Origin: an uncultured Verrucomicrobiota bacterium
GTDB taxonomy: Bacteria; Verrucomicrobiota; Kiritimatiellia; RFP12; UBA1067
Direction: 5' to 3'
Assembly (NCBI GenBank): GCA_946055075.1
Contig: CAMGEN010000003.1
Location: forward strand, 13,036-77,035
DNA length: 64,000 nucleotides
A model generated the notes under the pieces. The model had not been told where the DNA came from. It saw only the letters and a program-made list of their open reading frames with translations, and searched no databases. Shown piece after piece: positions 1 through 8,579 of the stretch. Positions within the stretch are counted from its first letter, which is position 1. Every line of letters begins with the position of its first letter. The translations under genes and the position numbers were made by a program.

Positions 1-104
1 ACAGTCAAGCGAGCGACAACTTCGAAGCACAATGACTGAACCGCCGCAAATTGGGCGGAACTCCGCAAAACACCGAATTTCGCCCACATATCCGACATCT
101 CCGG

Positions 105-1490
105 CTAAGCGAGCGAACATGGACCGTTAACGCATCCGCCGGAACAGGCCATGACCTCGAGGAAATTCACCGGAAGCTTTCCGGAGGCGTAGAGCTTGAG
201 CATCGCGCACGACTTGCGGTCGATACCGTTGATCTGCTTCGCGTTCAGCTTGAAGCCCGGGACCTTCGCCGTAGCCTCGGTGAGCACCGCCTCGGTGACA
301 CCGCAACTGCGGGCGAAGTTTCTCGCCGTTGGATTCGCCGGCCTCGGAACGGGCCACGCCTCGCACGCCATCACGTCGATCCTCCGTCCGGCCAGGATCG
401 CTCCCAGCTCTTCAAAGGAAAGGACGTAATCCACGTCTTTCCGCCGCGCTTCGCTGCGTTTCGCGACGCAAGGGCCAACGAAGACCGTCTTCAGCTCCGG
501 ATCCTTCGCCTTCACGATCTCGCGCGTGTACACCATCGGACTCGGCGTGAGCGAGACGTGACCGACAAGCTCCGGCATGTGCTTGGCGATTAGGTTCACG
601 TAGGCGGGACAGCACGACGTGGTCATGAAGGTATTCGGATCCTTCGCCATCCGCTCGACAAACTCGGCGGTCTCGTGCTCGGTCGTCATCTCCGCCCCGA
701 GCGCCACTTCGATGACGTCCGAGAACCCGGCCTTCGAACAGGCCGTCAATAGCTGCTCGATCGTTCCGGGGAACTGTCGGTCGGCTGACGGCGCGACCAT
801 CGCGACCAGCCTCTCGCCGCGCTTCATCGCCTCAAGGACGTCCAGCAGCTGAGAGCGCTCCATGACCGCGCTAAACGGACACGCGTTGAAGCATTTGCCG
901 CAAAAGATGCACTTCTCAAAATCGATTTCGGCGACGCCCTGCGCATTCTTGCGAATCGCCCCGACGGGACACGCCTCCTCGCACGGGACCGTCGTCTTCA
1001 CGATCGCGTGATACGGGCAGGCGGTGATGCACTTGCCGCACTTGATGCACTTCTCCTGGTCGATCACGCTCCGTCCGTCCACCACCTCGACCGCCTTCTT
1101 CGGACAGTTGTAGACACACGGACGGGCGAAGCATCCGCGGCAGTTCGGCGTCGAAACCACCTTGGCGTCCGGACAGCCGCTGCATGCCGGTCCGCAGACG
1201 GAAAGCGGCGCGCTACGCCCAGCGTTCCCCTTTCCGGGCCTTTCGGCCAGATAGGCGTCGAGACGCTTGGTCTCGTCCGTCTCCTCCTCGACGGAAACGC
1301 CGAGAAGCGCCATGAGGCGGTATTTGATGACCGCACGGTCGTGATAAACGCAGCACCGTGACGATCCTCCGTCCTTCGGACGCAGACGTACGGCGATCTG
1401 GTCGATCTCGTCCGCCAGCGTCCCGGCGTCGAAGGCGCGCACGAGACGGATCATCAGCTCACGACGGATGAAAGTGGCACCGTTAAGCAT
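105..1490 (-). CDS. [FeFe]-hydrogenase-like protein (H-cluster domain preceded by 4Fe-4S ferredoxin-type clusters)
   Basis: ORF 105..1517. Contains motifs TSCCPAY, GPCVAKRSE and EVMACSGGCVNGPC plus several CxxCxxCxxxCP clusters. Start moved to ATG 1490, 1 nt after the stop of the upstream gene. Confidence 0.8.
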   Translation of the reverse strand: MLNGATFIRRELMIRLVRAFDAGTLADEIDQIAVRLRPKDGGSSRCCVYHDRAVIKYRLMALLGVSVEEETDETKRLDAYLAERPGKGNAGRSAPLSVCGPACSGCPDAKVVSTPNCRGCFARPCVYNCPKKAVEVVDGRSVIDQEKCIKCGKCITACPYHAIVKTTVPCEEACPVGAIRKNAQGVAEIDFEKCIFCGKCFNACPFSAVMERSQLLDVLEAMKRGERLVAMVAPSADRQFPGTIEQLLTACSKAGFSDVIEVALGAEMTTEHETAEFVERMAKDPNTFMTTSCCPAYVNLIAKHMPELVGHVSLTPSPMVYTREIVKAKDPELKTVFVGPCVAKRSEARRKDVDYVLSFEELGAILAGRRIDVMACEAWPVPRPANPTARNFARSCGVTEAVLTEATAKVPGFKLNAKQINGIDRKSCAMLKLYASGKLPVNFLEVMACSGGCVNGPCSLA

Positions 1491-1491
1491 G

Positions 1492-1749
1492 TCAGGCGAC
1501 CCCTTCCAGAAGTTCACGGACTCGCGAAATGACCTTCTCGGGCGTCGCCTGGCTCATGATTTCAGAACCGTTGAAGCGCACATAAGGAGCCCCGCCGAGA
1601 TGGTCTCGTTCGCACAGCTCGAGACAGGTCTTCGCCTCGATCTCGACCCGCCCCCGGCAGTTATCCGGAAGCTGTTCCTCGATATTCATCATCTTGGCAG
1701 CGCCCAGCAGATAGCAGGCGGTTCCACAGCAGATTTCGACTTTGATCAT
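1492..1749 (-). CDS. thioredoxin-like [2Fe-2S] ferredoxin (NuoE/HydC-type fold)
   Basis: 85 aa with the cysteine pattern CCGTAC...C..LC typical of NuoE-like 2Fe-2S modules. Tightly packed between the phosphatase and the hydrogenase-like gene. Confidence 0.65.
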   Translation of the reverse strand: MIKVEICCGTACYLLGAAKMMNIEEQLPDNCRGRVEIEAKTCLELCERDHLGGAPYVRFNGSEIMSQATPEKVISRVRELLEGVA

Positions 1750-1758
1750 GTTCGTGAC

Positions 1759-2946
1759 TCAGTAGTAGTTGACGGAAACTTGTTTACGGAAATTGCGTTC
1801 CAGGGCGACGGTCATCCGGCGGACGACGGACCGGCGCAGCTCGAGATCCTGCGGGATGTTGGGATCCTGATGCGACTCGTTAACCTTCGTGCCGATGACG
1901 AACTCGATCCGGTCATGGGCCATCATCCGTTCAAGGATGGCCCGCACCGCCGCAGGCTCCCCGCTCGGAGGACGCTTCTCCTCGAGCGCCATCGTGACCC
2001 TCGAGAGCGTGAGGATGCCCTCGGTCGCGATGCCAATCCCGTCGATCCGCCCGATCGGAGGCAGTCCGCCCGCGGTGCGGATGTCGGAGAGGTCGACCTT
2101 CACCTTGCGCCCGAGCTCGCGCTCGATGATGTTCGCCGTCGTTCCGCCGCATACCACGACGTGCTCGGGCCCGATCTTGGCCTGCCGAGCGAACTCGGCG
2201 TCATGTTCCTTGTAGTAGGGCGGGCCAGAAAGGACGCGCATGACTCGCGGACGCCGCAAGTAGACGACGACGCAGCTGATGTCGTCCTTACAGCCGCCGG
2301 GCGTCAGCATCAGCGCCCGGCTGGCGATCGAGGCCGACAGCTCCTTGGCCGATATGTCGGGGTCGAAGTGAATCAGCTCGCGTGCGTGCGCAAGGACTCC
2401 CGAGCGACGCCAGCCGAACTTCATGTCCTTACGGACGCCGAGTCCGGACTGCGTCACCCCATCCGAGCACATGATGATGCGGTCTCCGACACGGAAGTCC
2501 GCCTCGCACTCGCGCACCTCGCGGTCCGGCCAGTGATCCGAAACCACCTGGCCGTCCCGGAGCGGCGGCACCTCCTCCGACCCGCGCAGATGGATGTATC
2601 CGGGATTCCCCATCTCCGTGATCCGGGCGCGGCCGCCGAGGCGGAAATCGAAAAGCGAGAAGGTCGCATATCCGATCTTCCGCACTTCGCAGACCGGGAG
2701 CGAATCCATGATAATCTCGGCGGCCTCGAGCGTCGGGATGTTGGATTCGAGGAACTTCAGCGCCATCGAAGTCGTCATCGTCGCCAGGATATGCGCCTTC
2801 ACGCCGCTGCCGAGACCGTCGGAAAGCGCACAGAGATGCCGGTTCTCCTTCTCGACCGTCAGGAAGCGAACGTCGTCTCCGCACGCAGCCTGTCCGGTCT
2901 TCGTGTACTGCGACACCTCCATCTCGATGAAAACCCCGTCAGCCAT
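1759..2946 (-). CDS. PP2C/SpoIIE-family protein phosphatase with a ~200-aa C-terminal domain of unknown function
   Basis: The N-terminal half carries ACGDD, SDGLGSG and MCSDGV metal-site motifs of SpoIIE-type PP2C. I do not recognise the C-terminal half (PPYYKEHD...VNYY). Overlaps the upstream gene by 8 nt. Confidence 0.75.
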   Translation of the reverse strand: MADGVFIEMEVSQYTKTGQAACGDDVRFLTVEKENRHLCALSDGLGSGVKAHILATMTTSMALKFLESNIPTLEAAEIIMDSLPVCEVRKIGYATFSLFDFRLGGRARITEMGNPGYIHLRGSEEVPPLRDGQVVSDHWPDREVRECEADFRVGDRIIMCSDGVTQSGLGVRKDMKFGWRRSGVLAHARELIHFDPDISAKELSASIASRALMLTPGGCKDDISCVVVYLRRPRVMRVLSGPPYYKEHDAEFARQAKIGPEHVVVCGGTTANIIERELGRKVKVDLSDIRTAGGLPPIGRIDGIGIATEGILTLSRVTMALEEKRPPSGEPAAVRAILERMMAHDRIEFVIGTKVNESHQDPNIPQDLELRRSVVRRMTVALERNFRKQVSVNYY

Positions 2947-4663
2947 TCAGATAGCTCCCGTCGTCCTCTTCCCGGAGGCGTTTACCCTCCGTATGCGACT
3001 CGTACGCTCCCGCGATCTCGTTCAACATGATCTCGGTCTCGGCGATATGCTCGCCGAAGAGACGCGCCACCTGCTGGACCGTATAGACGTTCTTTCTGAT
3101 CACCTCACGGGCCTTGGCCGCGATCTCCTCGCGCAGACCCTCGTTCTGCGTCACGTCCTGGACGACGGCTCCGGCGAACTCGCCCTTCGCAATCGGGAAG
3201 ACGCTGACGTTCACGATCCGGTCCCGCCACGGCTGACGGTACTTGACGATCTCGCTTCCGTGCTCGAGCGCCCCGGTGAAGAGCTCCATGAACTCCTTCA
3301 TCAGCGTGGAGCCGTCGATACCCTCGAGATTGCCGAGCGCATCGAAGACACCGGTCTCGCCGCACATCTCGGCGAAAAGCCGGTTGCACTCGACCACGAC
3401 GCCGTGTCCATCGAGAATGACGACTCCGGCGGGGATGTACTTGATTAGCGCGTTCGACGTCCGCTGGAAGTTCTTCTTGAGGAACGTGTGACACTGCGCC
3501 TCCTCGGCCTTGCCGGCGAGGAGCGCCTTCGCGAACTCGCGGCACGTCTCGTATCCGCAGGCGCCGCAGTTCAGTTCGTCCGCCCTTGTGGTCTTGCCGA
3601 CGCGGGCTAGCGCCTCCGTCAGCTTCTCCTCCTCGGGTTCGGTCTCCACGATGGCCTCCGCCGGATAAGAGGCCGTTCCGCAATGCGTGAAGCAGCGGCT
3701 GGCGCTGGTCTGGAGCGGAGAGGCGGCGTCGGTCGCGAACAGCGTCGCGAGAGAGCCACCGTCAACCGGCATCGCGGGCCCGTTGACGCAGCCGCCGGGG
3801 CACGCGAGTACCTCTAGGAAGAGCTTGCGTCCTCCGGACGGACGGAAGCCGCCGTTCAGCATGCGGCGGAGGTTGTCCAGCCCCGAGACGCTGACATACC
3901 GCACGTCCGACCCTCCGTCCCGGAGCGTGTCGTTCATGCCGCCCTCGACCGAATAGAAGCGACCCTCTTCGGCCGGACCGAGCGCCAGCTCGGCCTCCTC
4001 GCCGAACGCGATGCCCTTCTCGACGAGAAGCTGTTCGAGAGCCGGGAACACGCAAGCCAGCGCAAGCACGTCCGGACAGGCGTCGGCCTCGTTCTTCTTG
4101 GCGGCGCACGGACCGAAGAAGACGACCTTGACGTCCGGCCCGTACTTCTCGCGCAGCAGCCCGCAATGCGCACGCACCGGCGAAGGCAACGGCGAGATAT
4201 ACCGCGCGTAATCCGGCAGATACCGGCGGATCATGTCCACCGCGGCCGGACAGGCACTGGAGATGACCAGCGGCTCGTCCGTATCCGCAAGCAGCCTGGC
4301 GACGTGCGCACTCACCGACTCGGCGCCGTGCGCCGTCTCGCTGACGCCTGCGAAACCGAGCTTCTCCAGCGCCGCGGCGAGCTGTCCGATCGTGACACCC
4401 TTGAACCAGCCGGCGTAACTCGGCGCGACGGAAGCATAGACCTTCGCGCCGGACGCGAGCAGCTCCTTGAGCCGCGCGAGATCGCTGCGGATCTTCTTGG
4501 CGTGCGCGGGACAGACCTTCACGCACGCCCCACAAGCAACGCAGGCCTCGGGAATAACCGAGGCCTTTCCATTGACGATGCGGATCGCCTTGACCGGGCA
4601 GTGCCGGACGCATTTGTAGCAGTCCTGGCACTCGTTCTCGATAGTGAATACGGGCGGAGTCAT
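2939..4663 (-). CDS. sensory-type [FeFe]-hydrogenase-like protein with C-terminal PAS-like domain (HydS/HfsB-like)
   Basis: ORF 2939..4840. Real start is at MTPPVFTIENECQDCYKC (4663), with an ATGA overlap onto the upstream stop. H-cluster motifs are degenerate: SSACPAAV, GPCAAKKNE, EVLACPGGCVNGP. The C-terminal ~200 aa look like a PAS fold (IPAGVVILDGHGVVVECN...). Confidence 0.8.
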   Translation of the reverse strand: MTPPVFTIENECQDCYKCVRHCPVKAIRIVNGKASVIPEACVACGACVKVCPAHAKKIRSDLARLKELLASGAKVYASVAPSYAGWFKGVTIGQLAAALEKLGFAGVSETAHGAESVSAHVARLLADTDEPLVISSACPAAVDMIRRYLPDYARYISPLPSPVRAHCGLLREKYGPDVKVVFFGPCAAKKNEADACPDVLALACVFPALEQLLVEKGIAFGEEAELALGPAEEGRFYSVEGGMNDTLRDGGSDVRYVSVSGLDNLRRMLNGGFRPSGGRKLFLEVLACPGGCVNGPAMPVDGGSLATLFATDAASPLQTSASRCFTHCGTASYPAEAIVETEPEEEKLTEALARVGKTTRADELNCGACGYETCREFAKALLAGKAEEAQCHTFLKKNFQRTSNALIKYIPAGVVILDGHGVVVECNRLFAEMCGETGVFDALGNLEGIDGSTLMKEFMELFTGALEHGSEIVKYRQPWRDRIVNVSVFPIAKGEFAGAVVQDVTQNEGLREEIAAKAREVIRKNVYTVQQVARLFGEHIAETEIMLNEIAGAYESHTEGKRLREEDDGSYLNG

Positions 4664-4914
4664 GATTTCGGAAACGTCCTTTCCAGAATATCCGTCATCA
4701 CGCCGCGGTCGACGTTCGTGTACATCTTCCCGTCGACGACGACTACAGGTCCCTTGGCGCAGTTCCCCGTGCAGAGGGACGCGCCGAGCTCGACATCGAC
4801 CTCGTCGCGAAGACCGCGCGCCGCGAGGAACTCCTCGCAAAGCGCAACGTTCTTCTCGTTACCGCGGGCAAAGCACGAGCTTCCCATGCAGATGGTGATC
4901 TTAGGTCTGGCCAT
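4660..4914 (-). CDS. thioredoxin-like [2Fe-2S] ferredoxin
   Basis: ORF 4660..5022. Start set to MARPKITICMGSSCFARG (4914), just after the stop of the upstream gene at 4923. NuoE-like Cys pattern. Confidence 0.65.
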   Translation of the reverse strand: MARPKITICMGSSCFARGNEKNVALCEEFLAARGLRDEVDVELGASLCTGNCAKGPVVVVDGKMYTNVDRGVMTDILERTFPKS

Positions 4915-4922
4915 GACGCACT

Positions 4923-5753
4923 TCACTCGATGTCGACGACGCTCGCCCAGTGGACGAGCAGCTCGCGGTTCTTGGGAGACTGCTCGCGCCCAGCCTCGGC
5001 GGCGGCCACGATCGGAAGCCACTTCTGCACTTCGCCGAGCTGCACCTTAAGCGCCGCGCAGGCGAGTTCCATGTACTTCTCGGCGGCGGCCACGTGCCCG
5101 GACAGCCAGAACAGGAGATAGGTCCGCGCGACATCCGCGCACGGATCGCCGAGACGAACGTGGCTCCAGTCGATCACGCGCCAGTCCCCCTTCGGGGTGA
5201 TGATCACGTTCGACGGATTGAAGTCGCCGTGGCAGAGCGAAGTGCCGCGCGGGAAGCTCTGGAGCTTCATGTGCAGGTCGTAACGCGTCACCTTCTCCAC
5301 CGGCGACGCCGAGATCTGCTTGTCGAGCTTGTCCGCGAGATTGCCCATGCGCTCGGAAGTCTTCGCAAAGATCGCGCACTGTATCGCCACGAACTCCTTG
5401 AGGTACCTGGCGAGGTTCTTGCGGTCCTTCGCCATCACGTCCGCCAGCGTGTCGCCGTCGATGAACTCGCGGCGGATGCACCAGTGGTCGCGCAGCTTCA
5501 GGACCTCGAGGACCTTCGCGACGGGAAGCCCCGTCTCGGCGGCCCGCGCCTCGTTCATCGCCTCGTTGAGGATCGACGAGACCTTGTAGCCGGGTCCGAA
5601 GATCTTCAACACCGTGTTCTTGTCACGGCAGATCACCTTGTCCGTCCGCTCCAGGAGGACGTTCGCGCCCTTCTTCGCGACGCTCTTCTTCGCGACGCCA
5701 CTCTTCGCGCCGGTCTTCTTTTCAACATTCTTCTTCTCGGCAGTATTCTTCAT
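4923..5753 (-). CDS. kinase-fold phosphotransferase (APH/choline-kinase-like) with Lys-rich N-terminal tail
   Basis: Catalytic-loop motif HGDFNPSNVII and metal-binding IDWSHVRLGDP. N-terminus is MKNTAEKKNVEKKTGAKSGVAKKSVAKK. Confidence 0.7.
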   Translation of the reverse strand: MKNTAEKKNVEKKTGAKSGVAKKSVAKKGANVLLERTDKVICRDKNTVLKIFGPGYKVSSILNEAMNEARAAETGLPVAKVLEVLKLRDHWCIRREFIDGDTLADVMAKDRKNLARYLKEFVAIQCAIFAKTSERMGNLADKLDKQISASPVEKVTRYDLHMKLQSFPRGTSLCHGDFNPSNVIITPKGDWRVIDWSHVRLGDPCADVARTYLLFWLSGHVAAAEKYMELACAALKVQLGEVQKWLPIVAAAEAGREQSPKNRELLVHWASVVDIE

Positions 5754-5770
5754 AAGTCAGAAACCTCCAC

Positions 5771-5808
5771 AATTCCTCATTATTCATTCATAGTTCTTCA
5801 CATTCTCA
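5771..5808 (-). repeat. heptamer-type purine-rich array upstream of the kinase-fold gene
   Basis: Minus strand reads GAGAATGTGAAGAACTATGAATGAATAATGAGGAATTGTGGAGG. Confidence 0.55.
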
Positions 5809-8448
5809 GACGACGTCGTGCTTGCCGTAGTAGGCGTTGAGGTACATCTGCCTGATCTCCTTCATCAGCGGATAGCGCGGGTTCGCGCCGGTGCACTGAT
5901 CGTCGAAGGCCTGCTCGGTCATGTCGTCGAGACGCGCAAGGAAGTCCTGCTCGTCAGGGACGTAATCGCGGATCGTCGGCTTGATGCCGATGCGCTTCTT
6001 GAGCTCGCGGATCTCCTTGAGGAAGTTCATGAACCGCTCGCCCTTGGTCTTGCCCTCGATGCCGAGCGCGTCCGCGATCTCGAGATAGCGCTCGAGCGTA
6101 TGCGGATGATCGTACTGCGGGAAGGTGCCCATCTTGCGCGGCACGGGGTCGGCATTGAACCTCAGCACCTCCTCCATCATCAGCGCGTTGGCGATGCCGT
6201 GCGGGATATGGTGGAACGCACCAAGCTTGTGGGCCATCGAGTGCATCACGCCGAGGAACGCGTTCGCAAAGGCCATGCCGGCCATGGTCGCGGCGTTGGC
6301 CATCTTCTCGCGCGCCTTCGGAGCGGCGTACTTGCCGACCGCCGCGTCGTAGCACTCCGGAAGGTACTTGAAGATGTCCTTGAGCGCCTGGATGGCGAGT
6401 CCGTCCGTATACGCCGTCGCGAGCATCGAGGCATATGCCTCGAGCGCGTGCGAGACGGCGTCGATGCCCGACGCGCTCGTGAGACCGGGAGGCGCCATCA
6501 TCTGCACGTCCGCGTCGACGATCGCCATCTTGGGCATCAGCTCGTAGTCCGCGAGCGGATACTTCGTCCCCGTCTTCTCATCGGTGATGACCGCGAACGG
6601 CGTCACTTCGGAGCCGGTTCCGGCCGAGGTCGGGATCGCGACGAAATAGGCCTTTTCGCCCATCTTCGGGAAGGTGTAGACGCGCTTGCGGATGTCCATG
6701 AAGCGCATCGCCATGTCCATGAAGTCGCACTCGGGATGCTCGTAGAGGACCCACATGATCTTCGCGGCGTCCATCGCCGAGCCGCCGCCGATAGCGATGA
6801 TGACGTCCGGCTTGAACCCGGCCATCAGCTTCGCGCCCTCCTTGGCGCAGGCGAGCGTCGGATCGGGAGCGACGTTGGAGAACGTCGTGAACATGATGCC
6901 CTGGCTTTCGAGCGACTTCTCGATCGGCTTCGTGTAGCCGTTCGAATAGAGGAAGGAGTCCGTCACGATGAACGCCTTCTTCTTCGCCATCACCTCGCCG
7001 AGTTCGCGGAGCGCCACCGCGAGGCACCCCTTCTTCTGGTACACCTTCTCGGGTGCGCGGAACCACAGCATGTTCTCTCTGCGAATGGCCATAGTCTTGA
7101 TGTTGATGAGGTGCTTGACGCCGACGTTCTCCGAAACCGAGTTGCCGCCCCAGCTGCCGCAGCCGAGCGTGAGGGACGGCGGCAGCGCGAAGTTGTAGAT
7201 GTCGCCGATGCCGCCGAGGGACGACGGCGAGTTGACGATCAGGCGGCACGCCTTCATGCGGTCCGCGAACCTGTCGAGCTTCTCCTTCTCGTTGAGTTCG
7301 TCGATCCAGATGACGGACGTGTGGCCGAGGCCACCGTTGTTGACGAGGAGCGCCTCCGCAATGTCGAGGGCGTTGTCGAAGTCCGTCGACCTGTACATGC
7401 CGAGGATGGTCGTCAACTTCTCGTGTCCGAACGCCTCGCTCGTATCGGTGGACGTCGCCTCGCCGATCAGCACCTTCGTGTCCTCCGGCACCTCGAAACC
7501 GGCCATCTTCGCAATCGTGACGGGACGCTGGCCGACGATCTTCGCGTTCAGCGCGCCGTTGATGAGCATCGTCTGACGGATGAGGTCCTTCTCCTTCTCG
7601 TTCAGGAAGTAGCAGCCGCGCTTCGTGAACTCGTCCTTCACGAGGTCGTAGATCTCCTGATCGACGATCACGGTCTGCTCGGTCGCGCAGATCATGCCGT
7701 TGTCGAAGGTCTTCGAATGGATGATCGAGTTGACGGCGTTGACGACGTCGCAGCTCGGATCGAGGATCGCCGACGCGTTGCCCGCGCCGACACCGAGCGC
7801 CGGCGTACCCGAACTGTAGGCGGCCTTCACCATGCCCGGACCGCCCGTCGCGAGGATGATGTCCACCTCCTTCATGAGGAGGTTCGTCTTCGGAAGCGAC
7901 GGCTGCTCGATCCACGCGATAATGTCCTTGGGCGCGCCCGCCTCGACGGCGGCGTCCAGGACGATCTTCGCCGCGGCGATCGTGCAGTTCTTCGCCCGGG
8001 GATGGGGACTGATCACGATGCCGTTGCGGGTCTTGAGCGCGAGAAGCGTCTTGAAGATCGCAGTCGAGGTCGGATTGGTGGTCGGAATCACCGCGCCGAT
8101 CACGCCGATCGGCTCGGCGAGCTTCTCGATTCCCGCCGCCTCGTCCTTCTCGATGACGCCGCAGGTCTTCACGTCCTTATACGCGTTGTATATGTACTCG
8201 GCGGCGTAATGGTTCTTGATCACCTTGTCCTCGACGATGCCCATGCCAGTCTCGGCGACCGCCTGCTTCGCGAGCGGTATACGCTGACGGTTCGCCGCCA
8301 GGGCCGCCGCCTTGAAGATCGCGTCCACCTGCTCCTGTGAATACGTGGAATACGTCCGCTGGGCAGCGCGTACACGCTCCAGCATCGCCTCGAATTCAGC
8401 CATTCCGTCATCCGGCCGATCTGCCGGGTTCGTCGCATTTTCCGCCAT
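5806..8448 (-). CDS. adhE: bifunctional acetaldehyde-CoA/alcohol dehydrogenase
   Basis: About 880 aa with an N-terminal aldehyde dehydrogenase domain and a C-terminal iron-type ADH domain. Start set to MAENATNP (8448), preceded by GGAGATAAC. The track ORF extends to 8637. Confidence 0.95.
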   Translation of the reverse strand: MAENATNPADRPDDGMAEFEAMLERVRAAQRTYSTYSQEQVDAIFKAAALAANRQRIPLAKQAVAETGMGIVEDKVIKNHYAAEYIYNAYKDVKTCGVIEKDEAAGIEKLAEPIGVIGAVIPTTNPTSTAIFKTLLALKTRNGIVISPHPRAKNCTIAAAKIVLDAAVEAGAPKDIIAWIEQPSLPKTNLLMKEVDIILATGGPGMVKAAYSSGTPALGVGAGNASAILDPSCDVVNAVNSIIHSKTFDNGMICATEQTVIVDQEIYDLVKDEFTKRGCYFLNEKEKDLIRQTMLINGALNAKIVGQRPVTIAKMAGFEVPEDTKVLIGEATSTDTSEAFGHEKLTTILGMYRSTDFDNALDIAEALLVNNGGLGHTSVIWIDELNEKEKLDRFADRMKACRLIVNSPSSLGGIGDIYNFALPPSLTLGCGSWGGNSVSENVGVKHLINIKTMAIRRENMLWFRAPEKVYQKKGCLAVALRELGEVMAKKKAFIVTDSFLYSNGYTKPIEKSLESQGIMFTTFSNVAPDPTLACAKEGAKLMAGFKPDVIIAIGGGSAMDAAKIMWVLYEHPECDFMDMAMRFMDIRKRVYTFPKMGEKAYFVAIPTSAGTGSEVTPFAVITDEKTGTKYPLADYELMPKMAIVDADVQMMAPPGLTSASGIDAVSHALEAYASMLATAYTDGLAIQALKDIFKYLPECYDAAVGKYAAPKAREKMANAATMAGMAFANAFLGVMHSMAHKLGAFHHIPHGIANALMMEEVLRFNADPVPRKMGTFPQYDHPHTLERYLEIADALGIEGKTKGERFMNFLKEIRELKKRIGIKPTIRDYVPDEQDFLARLDDMTEQAFDDQCTGANPRYPLMKEIRQMYLNAYYGKHDVV

Positions 8449-8505
8449 AGTTATCTCCTTCTTCGCTTTCACCGCCGAAAGACCTCTTCCGGCGCAACAA
8501 GTCAT

Positions 8506-8535
8506 AGTATAGCACTTTTTATATCGGTATGTCAA
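8506..8535 (-). promoter_or_regulatory. candidate adhE promoter TTGACA-18-TATACT
   Basis: Minus strand reads TTGACAtaccgatataaaaagtgcTATACT, about 50 nt upstream of the adhE SD and ATG. Confidence 0.6.
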
Positions 8536-8544
8536 TAGCGATAT
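8521..8544. promoter_or_regulatory. 24-bp palindrome ATATCGGTAT-gtca-ATAGCGATAT (candidate operator)
   Basis: Overlaps the -35 of the adhE promoter and lies about 20 nt upstream of the rex -10. A third half-site-like TATCGGTAT is at 8551-8559. Confidence 0.55.
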
Positions 8545-8579
8545 TCTTTTATCGGTATTTTTGGTATAATATGTGCGCA

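Noticed and set aside
1468-5840. Long plus-strand ORFs (1468..3030, 2594..3448, 4166..5050, 4950..5840) opposite the hydrogenase/phosphatase/kinase genes
   Set aside because: All are antisense to genes with clear family motifs. Their Arg/Pro/Gly-rich translations are typical of GC-rich frames.
5818-8340. 840-aa ORF on the plus strand opposite adhE
   Set aside because: Shadow ORF typical of high-GC DNA. The sequence is Arg/Leu/Asp/His-rich and low-complexity. It is entirely antisense to a clearly recognisable adhE and has no RBS or promoter context.
8449-8579. Canonical Rex operator (TTGTGAA-N6-TTCACAA) upstream of adhE/rex
   Set aside because: I searched the intergenic region by eye on both strands and found no match. 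Only the unrelated ATATCGGTAT palindrome is present, and it is reported as a finding.
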